Shown: in pieces, positions 48,992-60,742 of the stretch
How positions within the stretch are numbered: position 1 is the first letter of the stretch
Layout of the letters: the number at the start of each line of letters is the position of its first letter
From: Paraspadella gotoi
Lineage: Eukaryota > Animalia > Chaetognatha
Assembly: GCA_051294375.1 (NCBI GenBank)
Contig: CM119269.1
Location: forward strand, 14,891,918-14,955,917
DNA: 64,000 nucleotides
Direction: 5' to 3'
Notes under the pieces: generated by a model
The model's input: only the letters and a program-made list of their open reading frames with translations
The model's database searches: none
Told to the model about the DNA's origin: nothing
Made by a program: the position numbers and the translations under genes

Positions 48992-50690
48992 TCAAGCCCC
49001 GCATGCCATCCAAGACACCCGGATGTAAGCGCCGGGCGAAGGCGTCGACGTCTGAAATCCCACGCCGAATTGCCTCGGAGTCACCGCGCCCTGAATCCAA
49101 GTGTTGATGACGATGGGACGCGCGTTGTTGAAGTCGCCGGCGAAACTAGTTCCGATCATCACCTGGCGACAGAAGAGAGAGGAAATATGTGTACCTTTTC
49201 TAGTTTTAGTAACTTTTACAGGTTTTCATTTGAAGATCGAAAAAAATAATATACCAAAATAAAAAACTGAGCTTTTTCTGATTCAAATTAGCCTATTTCG
49301 AGTGTAACATGATTAGAAATACCAGAGTGAAGAATAAAAGAAAAGAGGTATTATGGCAACGGAAAGATATGTTTGAGGCATCTCGCGACAGATGGCGCTT
49401 AGGGCTTTTGACCTGCAGTGACCACCCCATGTCACTGGCGTGTTTGGTCGGTCGGTCGGTCCGTCTACATTATATGGACGTTAATAGTTATGTTTTGTTG
49501 TAGTATGTATTAATTTTGAAATTGTTTTGCGACCATTTTTATTTTGAGTTATTTCAGAAATTTTTATGGTTGACTTTACTGTTATCGTGGGAGATATTGG
49601 TTTATTAATTAATTTATACAACAACAACAACAAATCTGCGTTCCTCATGATTTTCGAGTCAAGACACTCAGCCATAACTCTCTTACCTTTGGTGCGTAGT
49701 AAAAGCCAGGCGAGAAATGGACGATCTCGTAAGCCGGGTTGCTGTTGATCAGATATGGACTGTTGACGGTGCCCGACTCGCAGTGGAAAGACACCGTCGC
49801 CGATACTGAAAGAAATTTCTACTTTTTTTCTCGGCTTCATTCATTCTTAGTAATTGACCTATGATTTATCATTGTTTTTATCTATTATTTTGTGTGTTTT
49901 CATTCTCTTTTGTCACCTTTTAAGATTTAGAATTAATTTTTCTTTTTACAAAATATGGACATGTCTCGGCTTTGGTTTCAAGTTATTTGCGCTGATGAAG
50001 ACTTAAGTTAAAACCAAAGAAGTTAAGACCAAAGTCGAAACATGTCCGAATTTTGTAAAAAAAGAATAGTTGCCGAATTTTTTTTCAAACCTCCGTCTTT
50101 TGTTTTTCGGTCGTTCCCGCTTTAGGCATTTCTTTACAAGAGGTCGTCTATAATCAGTCAGTTTTATTTTTTTCCTAAAATATGATCAACTAAATTTCTC
50201 AACACGTTGTTTTGGATGAATTATGAGAAATTTATGTTTATAAAAGATATAAATTTATTTATAGGTATTACAAATACGTATAAAATTGTTATGCGTAACT
50301 TTATTAACACATATGATTATTAAAAACTAATACCAAAGCTTTTAAATTATACCATTTGTTTTAAGTTTCTCCTTGAAGAACTTTGAGTTGGTTTTCGTTT
50401 CGGCCAAAAGCTTTTGCAGAGATTTCAATTCTTGCTTCGCCTTCTTTAGCTCTACATTAATCGCAGAGATTTGACCGGATTTTCCTGAAAAAATATAAAT
50501 GAAATCTTAATGATGAAAAATGAGAGTAATTTTTTTAAAAAAAAACAGGAATTAGAGTTGAAACTTTATTCGATACGACCATCATGTAAACTGCATAGTG
50601 CATACATATTGACTCACCCCCAAAAGTCGTTTGACCAAGAGAGAAATCGATCGCGAAAAACAAAAAAATGCAAAAAGATATGGACGCCAT
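48992..50690 (-). CDS. Secreted H-type lectin with N-terminal coiled coil (164 aa)
   Basis: Exons 50690-50618 (MASISFCIFLFFAIDFSLGQTTFG, signal peptide), 50484-50353 (INVELKKAKQELKSLQKLLAE, heptads), 49805-49687 (CESGTV..YEIVHFSPGFYYAPK) and 49162-48992 (VMIGTSFAGDFNNARPIVINTWIQGAVTPRQFGVGFQ..IRVSWMACGA*). The V.F...F...P.V, VT...F and VSWMAC pattern fits the H_lectin fold. Confidence 0.8.
49940..50066 (+). ncRNA. Minimal hammerhead ribozyme within an inverted repeat (Penelope-like pLTR remnant)
   Basis: CTGATGA (49992-49998), A, stem II GACTT...AAGTC, GAAA (50037-50040), CATGTC. Arms 49940-49981 and 50023-50066 are imperfect reverse complements. Confidence 0.7.
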
Positions 50691-51567
50691 TTTTAATTCT
50701 TGGTCGCGATAAAATTCGTGATTGAAGTTATATCCGAAATCTGATAAAGGAAGCAGCTGAGACTGAGGGAATCGAGAAATTCAGGTCCGCATGATCGATG
50801 ACGCAACAAGAGTCTCGGATGCGATTCTACTTAGTACTTAGCGCGTTCTTTAGGACAACGCCCAAGGAGACTATTTTTTTAGAGACTTTTGTTTTTGTCT
50901 CCTATATTCATATGATCTTATGACATAAATATATTAATTGTGCTAGTGACTAAAGTACAGAAAGAGAAATGTGTTGGTTCAATATATTTAAAGCTCTTTA
51001 ATTTTTTTCTCAATGCTACTTCAGTATATGTAGACATCAACAATACCTCCGTTATTACTAAATTTGGCCATTTTTGCAAAAATCACTTCAAAGTTATCGG
51101 GTTGGATGTTGAAAATTTTATCTGCCTTTTATAGTTTCTCTAACGCCATAACGACCATAAAAAATTCAAGTAATATATCTAATCTAAATGTATAAAAGAA
51201 AATCGTTAAAATCAGATCACATGCATTGTATTTAAAAGCAACTGTAATAAATATAACAAGTAATGTCATGATAAAGAAAACTTATTGAGTAACACAATGT
51301 TCACATTGAAAAAAGAATTTATAGTTAACATAAAATTGAATAAGAAATGACAAAAGTTTTAGTGGTTTTCAATGTCACTATATGCAATGATCAAATATAT
51401 ACACGATTTTACTGCTTGGGAAGAGCTAGTGTAATTTTTAGTGTTTTGTTGCAATATTTGCAAACATGATTTCTTGTCTGTAATAAGGCGTAGGAGGAGC
51501 AGCTCTTCAAATGTAACCATTGCATAGAGAATTCGATGATAGGAAGGCATAGTAGTTCAGAGAAGAT

Positions 51568-54500
51568 TTAATAATAGGGCTTTCTTTTCTTTTTTTTCTT
51601 CTTCCTAGGAACATCATTTCTTGACGGTTCCTCGGTCAAATCATTATGATTATCAATGTTTTGTGAAAAGCTGCTTGATGGTTGTGGATCATTAAAATCC
51701 TTTGTTTTAGTATGAAGTTGCCCATCATGTAACTTTTTTCTCCTAGAACTAGAATTATTGTCCTTGTTTCTTGAACTTGAGATCGATGGAGTACGATCTC
51801 TCTGAAATGGACTATTTGATCTAGAAAACGACACTGGACTACATGATCTTTCTAAAATATCTTTTGGAGTTAACGGCCGCAACTGGACCCTGCAATTGAT
51901 TCTATCTGGCAAATCATTAATCGAAAAGGATTTTGAAGATCCTGCATCTGAGTCATAGTCAAAATTGGAAAAACTTGATCTCTTTGGTCGATCAAAAGAA
52001 CTAATAGGTTTTGATTTGTGTGGCCTGATTTTTTTTATGAAATTGGTATCAGTAAAATTTTTATGGTTTGTTTCAGTTTTATTCACGTTTTTAATTAGCT
52101 TAAGGTCTTTGGCAACATTTTTCTCCGCTTTACTTTGTGATAATTCTGTGTCAGAATTACTTTCTGGAAGAATCCTATTTTCAGAATTGAGAGAAATTTT
52201 GCAATTAATTTTTTTTGTTTCCTGAAAAATTCTTCCATTTTCTGAGGACAAGCTATCACATTTTGACTTTGATTTATCATAATCTTTCTCTCCTGAACTT
52301 ATCGATTTTTCTTTCATTGGCAAAAAACTTGAAAACCCGAGTTGTTGACCAGGATTTTGCAGCGCATACTGAAATAAGTTTTCGTTTTCATTATGAGTTT
52401 TGTTTGTTTGAGAACAATCTAAGGGACAACGACGATAGTTTGATTGAGAAGTCCTCTCTTTTAATTGCTTTTGCTTCATTATTTTTTTAGCCTTTTTGAG
52501 CTTTAATTTTTTAGCTTTGAGTTTTGCCAAAATTAACCAATGCATTTTAAAAATTGTTGGTAAAGCATTTTTCCCTTTTTTTGGATAAGTAGCGGGGTTA
52601 GCAATATGACATTTTGCAATTTTTATAGCCAGATTATCAAAGTCCTCAGCATTATTATCATCTAAGATAATGTCTTTTGTTTTAAACTTTTTAATTCTTT
52701 TTCGTCTAGATTTCCACATTATAAGATACTTTTCTTTATGCTTTCTGTACATTGCTGCGTGATCATTAGCAGTTGAAGGAATTAAACCCTTTTCTAACCA
52801 CAGGTCGCCATCAAATAAACTTTGCTCTGATATATTAACAGTATCATCATAACGTTCAGGATCTATCTGAATGTCTTTGTCAGATCCTTGTTCTCTTTTA
52901 TTTTTTTTTACTTTTTGACAGTCTGATACATCTATATTTGAAGTCTGTTCCAAGCTTTCCTTCTTCTTTGACTCTTTCAGTGTTGAGTCGTCATCGTCGG
53001 CTTTTCCAGAGACAAAGACCTTCCCTTGTTCTTTGGAGTCTATTTCTCCTTGATTAGGAAGCTTTTTTCTCTTTCTCCTTTTATTGCTTCTCATCATTAC
53101 ATGGATTCGTTGGCGCTTAGACTTCTTCTTAGCAAGCTTCTCTTTTTCGTTGAGCTCATCAGTTAAAGTAGTTCTACTTTTGCTAATACTGCCTTGCTCT
53201 ACCTCCACCTGTCTTTCAGTTTCGATTGTTTCGTTATTTTCTGATAATTTAACATTGCTTTTCATAATCATTTCATCATTTCCATTATTTGTATATCTTA
53301 ATGCATCGCTTGAGGTAGAGAAGGAATTGATTGGCTCATCAAAATCAATGGAATCTATTGTTTTGCCAACACTTAAATTTTGGTTGTTAGTCACATTTTC
53401 AACAGCATCTCTATCGGGAGCAAAGTCGTATTTGTTTAAAGAATTATCCCCAACATCTTCAACATCTTTCATATTTGGAAGTTCATGAGATTCTGATTCA
53501 CTAGGTGTTTGATGAGAATCATATTCTGAAAGTTGTGGAGGTGATCTTTCTTCAATACATGGTTCATCAAAAGTAAAAGAATTGTTAGTTGGAGGAATGC
53601 AGTGTTCACTTTGTAATTCATTCTTTTGAGTTGGTAATATAAAAGATTTAATGTTATCAGGTTCTGAAAAAGAATTACCTTTATTAAGAATAGGGGGAGA
53701 TTTCTTTCGGTTGTTTTCTTGATTTGAATTTAAAGTATCTTTTAACTGTGATACTATCTCTTGTTTCTCTAATACAGGAGGTAAGTTTCCTGAGTGACAA
53801 TGCTCCTGCGAATGACGATTTTTGTGCTTTTTCTTTTTGCTTTTCTTTTTCTTCTTTTTTAAATAAGCTGGATCTAAAAGGGAGTTTTTATTTAAAAACT
53901 TTTCTCCATCGAAGTGCTTAAGTTTAGAAAAATTGTCTTGAATGTTTTTATTACTATCCTCCTGAGATTTAAAAGTTTTATTTTCAATTCGTTGTGAAAA
54001 TGAATCTGATTCATTAGAGTTCAAAACATTATAATGTGTATTGTCAATCAAAGTTGTCAAAGAGGATGGGTCTACAATTTTTTCAAACATAGGATTTGGC
54101 TCAAAAGGGGCAACTTTACCAACCATCACTGAATATGGTCGAGTGATTGAATTGTCTTGATCCGCTGTATTGTCAGGAACCGTTATTTTGTGCCGCTTGC
54201 TTGAACCAGTAGGTCTGCCTCGTTTACGTTTTCTAGATTCATAATCAAGATCATAGTAACGAATAATGGGAGATGAATTCTTAAGTGTTGATACATTCGT
54301 CCCACTATTACTGGTCTGAGTTGTAGACTGAGTTAAAGTGACAGAGTTATCTTTAGTTGCTGTCATTGCAGGTATGATGGGAGTAACTCGACTGACTGGT
54401 TTAGCAGGAGAGTCAGAAGTTTTTGAAATTGGAATTGCATTAAAAGGTTTTACAGCTGTTATTAAACTGTTGGGACTAGATGTACTTAAATTAGTGTTTT

Positions 54501-57416
54501 CCGATTTGGATGTTGGTAAGGATATAATAGGATTATTATTAGAAATCGCTGATTTGACATTTAATCCTGAGATGGATCCACTGACCACGGGCAATATAAT
54601 TGGCCTAATAGATGAGCTTCTTGAAATATTTAATGCTTTCTTGTTGGGAGATAAAACTTTTGCATCTCGCTTTTTCTTTTTTGCATAATTTTGCGCAACT
54701 GATTGACCTAGCTTAGTTTTCAAGTGTTGATTTGGGTCAAAGTTTCTGATAATCTGAATCTGCTGTATTTTTTTCTTATCCTTTCCCAAATTTGACCCGA
54801 TGGCCGGAAGGATTAAACCAGTTTGACCAGAACCACCTTGCAGAACACGCTCTAACTCTGGCGGAAGAACGACGGTTAAAACCGAGAGTGGTGTGGATGT
54901 TGATGTTGTTGAAGCAACATTAGACCCAGCACTGGCGGAAGAAGACACTGGCGTTTTTGATAATGACGTTTCTAAATTATTGTTCATCCAAACTGAATTA
55001 CTTTCAAGTAGAATTTTATTATTTTTAGGTTCATTAGAAGAATTTAGCTCATTCAGGTTTAACCTGCTAGTCTGTAACGAGTCTTGCTCCAATTGGTTTG
55101 AATCAAGTTGCTGAGGCGAATGATTAGAATTAGGAGAATCTACTTGTGGAGACACTGACGATGATAAAATACCAGAATCAGGTGAAACATTTGACGCTTG
55201 ATCAAAAATACTATTTTCACAATGAGGTTTTGGTACCATGTTCACGTGAATCTCGGGTGAAAGTTTTGGTGAAACATTTTTGTCATTAAATAAATTAAAT
55301 TTTTCAATATTTTTGTTTATCGACAAAGAATTACTTTGATGAATAATAGAATCATTGGTTTCTTCTAATTTATCAGACAGCTGAACCGGAGATTTAGCAA
55401 CTGATTTATGCCTTTTGCTGTAAGTTTGACCAACTGTTTTTGAAGATTCATAGCCTTTTTTAGTTTCATTAATTGAATGACCATTGTAAGCTATTTTCGC
55501 GTCATTCGATAATGTAGCAGAATTAATCAGATACATTTGATTCACACCTGATAGAATGCCCAAGGAGCTAGATGAATTTAAAACATCTGTAGCTTTACTA
55601 TTTTCAAAGTTTTTGTTTAATATGGTAGAAAAATCAATTGAAAGCTTTCCAGAGGAATGAGGCAATACATTTTCACTTAAGACTTTATCAGTCGTCACTG
55701 AGGTAGAAGAAAAGGCAGAATCTGAATGATTTTGTTGCCCAACTCTTGAACAGCTTTTATCTAGGCTGGTTTGTACTGTCGTAGACATTTTACTCAAAAG
55801 ATTTGATGTTGATAAAGAGGAAAAAACATTTTCACAGCCTCCTTGAGAAATACTATTTACTAACTTCTCTACAATTTCAGTCATGTTATTCGATACATTC
55901 ATTTGAAGATTATCGATAACATGCTTCACGTTTCCCAATGTATGAGTTGATTGACTAATTTGTGTCTTATTTAACGAATTAATATTATTAATTACGTGCC
56001 GAGTTTGTGAATCGGTACCGAGGCCCTCGTTCTGACTCGCATTTAAATCCATATTTTGAATGACATCCGCGTTGATTGAAGCAAAATTAGACGGAGTTAC
56101 GTCTTGCAAAATTGCCGCAACGTCAGCTTGATCGATTTCTTGTAGAGTATCTTCTTCCGACGTGAGGCCATCAACATCATCCATTTCTTCACTGCAGTCA
56201 TCACTTCCATTTCCTGACTCAGATATTGTGACTAGTTGAAAAGAATCATTTGATTGGGAAGTTCGAATTTGTTGATTCTGAACTACTTGAATTCGATTTT
56301 TGTACTGATTATCAGAGGATGAATTTTGCATCTGTGAACCATTTGATTTGGTTTTTACCACCGAAGACGGCCGCATTTGGTGTGCAGGGGCAATGGCAAA
56401 TAGATGAAATTGTCCACCGGGACCAGGGGTTGCAATCAGTTGATGACCCTTAGAATTTTTACTGAATGGTAATGAGCTAAGTCCGGATTGTGAAAGTAAT
56501 GCAGTCTCATTTTGTAAAGAACCAACGTGTCCGGAATTCGCCGGGTTATTGGTCAGAGATGATAATGAATGGGTAGTGATCACAGATGCAGCGGGTGAAA
56601 ATTTGTCAAGATTGGAAGAAGAATTGAAGGTCAAATGTGACTGCAATCCTTGTAAGTCGTTATTATCACAGGAAAATTTGTTGTTTTTTGGGCTCGACGT
56701 CGTTTCCGCAGTCTGTTGGGCGCTTTGCTTCAACGACTCTTCCAAAGATTTCGTCAGAGACTCGGTCTGCATTAGCAAAGAGGAAGGAGTAAATATCGTC
56801 AGTGGAATTCCGTCGATCGGATGATTTTTAACGTTCGAAGATAACGGAGTTGATGAGGTTGGCGCGTCCGCTCGATTTTCGACGTTGGAATTGAGAAACG
56901 TTTTTGGAACCGAGACTAACGTTCCGGGCAGCAATTGAGTCGCTCCGTTGCCTTCAAAGTTTTTCTTGACCGAATACGAAGATTTTATTCCACTTCTTAG
57001 TTCGGAAGCACCTGAAGAAAAAGGAGTCGTGAAAGATATGCTTTCTGTCTGTGAAAGCGACTTATATACTTGTATACTTATATACACTTACCCGCCACGA
57101 ACGACGTTTTCAATCTGCTCGCGTCTTCCGGGACTCTTTGACCGTCTCCGCTCCTTACGCCGTGCCCGACGCCGAGTCCTGCCAACGATTTGGTCGCCAA
57201 CGGGCCGAGCGCCGAGGCCACGCTCGCTTTGGCCAACGGCGCCGGGGCCATCGTCGGCGCCGTGGCCATCGACGCCGCCGGCAGCGACGACGCCGCGGGG
57301 GAATTCTTTTGAAATCCGAGTTGAAGTTGAGATGAAAGACTCGAGGAGAAGATTGAGATCTCGCGTTGGTTCGTCGACGCGGAGGCGACTTCGTCAGAAC
57401 GCTGGAGCGTCGTCAT
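51568..57416 (-). CDS. Large disordered nuclear AT-hook protein resembling SETBP1 / the ASH1L N-terminal half (~1930 aa, no SET domain seen)
   Basis: Coding exon 57416-57092 (MTTLQRSDEV...), a 47-nt intron, then a 5.5-kb exon 57044-51568 ending in a stop. It contains SPDSGI, the AT-hook KRKRGRP, Lys-rich NLS tracts, and KSRRKR..DFDNLAIKIAKCHI..LPTIFKM, similar to the recalled ASH1L/SETBP1 motif ELEELISRLSEIRI..LPTIFRI. The coding status is certain; the family call is moderate. Confidence 0.7.
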
Positions 57417-58794
57417 GATGTCACCGGGTCGTCGTCGTCGTCGTTGGGAAGAACATCTGGGATTCAGGGTGAGGTGGGTCCCTCCGTCGGTACGTCCGTC
57501 GGTACGTCCGTCGGTACGTCCGTCGGTACGTCCGTCCGTCGGTAGACGTTTGAAGAAGGGAAGTCGAACTTCAATCACGTCAGAGATGATTCAAGCTGGA
57601 GGCATCCTGGGTCGAAGGTTAAAAAAACAACAAAAATTTATAAATTTATAAAATCAGCTTTTCGCAGTGGGATTAACAGGTGCATTTTTATTATTTGTAT
57701 TATTTTTTGCGCTGGACTGCCTTCAAATTGAAATTGCATTCGAATGTGGACGCGTCTGCGACTGCGTCCACAACACTATCAAACGACACTTAAATTAAAT
57801 AAGAAATAAGGTTACCTAATTATATCAGTCGATTTGACTGTTAACTGTCCAACGGATTCCTATCGTAGGTTAACAAGTTCGCTCACGTTTAACGCCCCAC
57901 GGAATAATGCAAGAATGCAAAATACAATTGATGCATTTGACGATCTTCGTAGGGTCGTTGGATACAGACGCAATGTCGTTTCGAAAGGTTTCAGCAGAAC
58001 GCTGCCTACGTACAGGATGAAGACTTAAGTGGATATGATGCTGTCGGAGATAGAGAGAGGCAGACCGTCGATGCTGCAGGTAGGGTCGAGTTTGTCAGCT
58101 GCCGAACGGAATCATCGTAGCTTCATTTAGCCTTTCCTTACTCTTTCGTCGTCCCTTTCATTCCATGACCATTTTAACGAGACTTTCTCAATTTATATAT
58201 CTGAAAGCGAAAAAAAATATTCATTAATAATCAATAACGTAAGAAAATTACGTGTTGTTTTCGTCGAGAAAAACGAGAAAAAAAAACATTTTGGTAGCGC
58301 AAACAAAGAATCGACAGAAAGGAACCAAAAAAAAAAAAAAAAATCAGCTGAGAATCTCGTCTACGACGAAACGAATTCCCGTGAAAGAAAAATCTTCGCT
58401 GAGCCTCTAAAACCGGAACTTGATAGGGAGAGAGAGAGACAGAGAGGAATGATGGCGACAATTATTGAGGGAAGACCGCGTCGCTTATCGGAGCCAAGGG
58501 TATACATCATTGTGCAACAGCTTATTTAAGTGTGCGCTCGCTTGCGTGTGTGTGTGTGTAAGTCTCGCTGCGTGAGGAGAAAGAATCTTGTCACACACTT
58601 GGAAGCTTCTGAACCAAAAAGGAAAAAAGAAAGAAAAAGAAAGCGAGAAGAATTGATCGGTAAGAGACGATTGGACGAAATCGTTGGTTGCTACGTCGAT
58701 GATTGGTCGGAGAACCGAGACTCAAAACGATAGCCCGCCATTCTATTCTCAAAAAGCGGTGTGGTGACAAGAGAAGGAGGGAATTTTGACCTGA

Positions 58795-58826
<32 letters not shown>

Positions 58827-59094
58827 ACGAATTGATGGCACTTAAGAAAGCGATGACGATTGACGTGAGGGCGATGACGTCGCCATCGAACGATGAAAAT
58901 ATTTTTTGAACTTTCGTCATTTCGTAAGAGGCACGAAATCGAGAGGGAGTTAATTATATGCAAAACGAATTTAAAACAAAAAAAAAACAACAAAAAACAG
59001 GATTCTTCCTCTTTTTCAGCCACACTGCCACTCGTTTATAAACACGTAATTTCCGAGCGCATCGATACCTCTTTCTTTCTCTCTGTCGGAAGGG

Positions 59095-59165
59095 GGCGAC
59101 TCAATAGGACCAATCAAGAGTCTTGGTCGCTTTCCGTCGACCAATAGGGTGACGTGATGCGTCAC
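59095..59165. promoter_or_regulatory. Candidate promoter between the divergent SETBP1-like and prepropeptide genes
   Basis: Two CCAAT boxes 31 bp apart (59110, 59141), then TGACGTGA and TGCGTCAC CRE-like sites. It lies upstream of probable 5'-UTR exons of the minus-strand gene (donor about 57812, acceptors about 57607 and 58201). Confidence 0.4.
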
Positions 59166-59659
59166 TTTTGTTTCTCTCTTTCTCATTCTTCCTCGTTTCC
59201 CATGAAACGAGAAAAAATTGTGGTTGAAGAGCAGAAAAAAATAAATATAACGAGAAACAAAAGAGAAAAACCCTTTTTATTTTTCTTTCAGATTTTTTCT
59301 TTTATTGTATTCTTGGCCTCACAATCGATTCGGAGTTTGAAAGAGAAAAAAAAACGAAAGCGGGTTTAAAAAAAAAAAACTCTCTCTCGATACATGCGAA
59401 GAAAGAGGTTGAGTGAGAGAGAGAAAGAGAGAAAGATAAAAAGTAGGAAATCTTTTTTCAAGCGAAGATTTAGCCAACTATCCCTCCACTTAGGCAACAT
59501 TTGTACCGCCGCCGCAGCCGTCGCTGCAGCCGGCCGCTGCATCAAGACTCAAAAGAATTCAAAGGTAAAAACAAGAAAAAAAGGATATTCGAAAGAAGAG
59601 AGGCAAGAGGAAGGAAAAAATGAAGTGGTTGCGCAAACGATTTTCTGCGGTTCGAGATA

Positions 59660-59746
<87 letters not shown>

Positions 59747-60742
59747 ACACGTACAAAAGCGCGTGCGCGCGCGGTCACTGATCACAGTCACTTTTATGGC
59801 TTCTTTGTACTTTTTAGTTGAGTCTGTTTGCTTGTCTGTCTGTCTCTTTTTTTTGGCGTTAAAAGAAGAAACGGCGAAGGAAACGAATCAAAAGAGAGAG
59901 AGAGAGTTAATTTAGATAGAGAATCAAAAATTACACTTTAAGTCTATCCGAAACAAAGGATGATTATAAAGGGAAAATAGGAATTTTACGGAAAAAAAAC
60001 CACAAATGAAATAACGCGAAAAAAAGAATGACTAAAATGTTAAAAAGGCCGTTTTGCGGTCGATTTCATCTTGTTTTGGCCTTTTGACCTTTTTAATTCA
60101 TTTTAGTCAGATTTACTACCTTTTTAAATCATATTTAGATAACTAATAGCTAAATAAACTATTATGTGTACTCGGCGTTATTTGCAACTTGTAATTGTAT
60201 TTGCAGTAATATATCTGAGCTACGAGCAACAATTAGCGTCTTTTCAACTCGGACGAACGCTTTATTTGTGCAATAAAATCCGATTTTTAATGTTGATTTT
60301 GCGGTTTTCGTTCACGCGTCTTTTGTTGAAAATGATTTTGCAAGTTACGTTAGGACAAAGAAAAAAATCCCTAAAAAGTCACAGGGGATAAAATATTTAT
60401 TTTTTCAGGCAAAAAATAAAAAATTTTCTTATGGTTTAGACAGATTATTAGGTTTACAACAAAATATCTCACAAGCTACATCAGTATTGTAAAATTCTAT
60501 CTATTTCGCCAAAGAAAACAAATCTTCGATGAATAATTACATTTTCATTTCATTTTCACGTAGTTATATTAACCCCTGATTTTAAAAGAAAACAAAAGGT
60601 TCAAAGGTAAACAAAAGGGAAATATAAATAAAAGTCGATGACCAATCATCCTTTTGTCTTATATCCTTTCGGTCGTCGCTTTCGTCGTTTCCTGACGTTT
60701 AATACTTTATTTATTATTCAATCAATTATATTTATACAAATC

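Noticed and set aside
48992-50484. Downstream exons as a continuation of the 1839-aa ORF
   Set aside because: That ORF has its own stop, and these exons have their own signal-peptide first exon at 50690.
57484-57545. (TDGR)n coding repeat in ORF 57078-57578
   Set aside because: It is a 12-bp CCGTCGGTACGT minisatellite upstream of the first plausible ATG (57416), probably 5' UTR.
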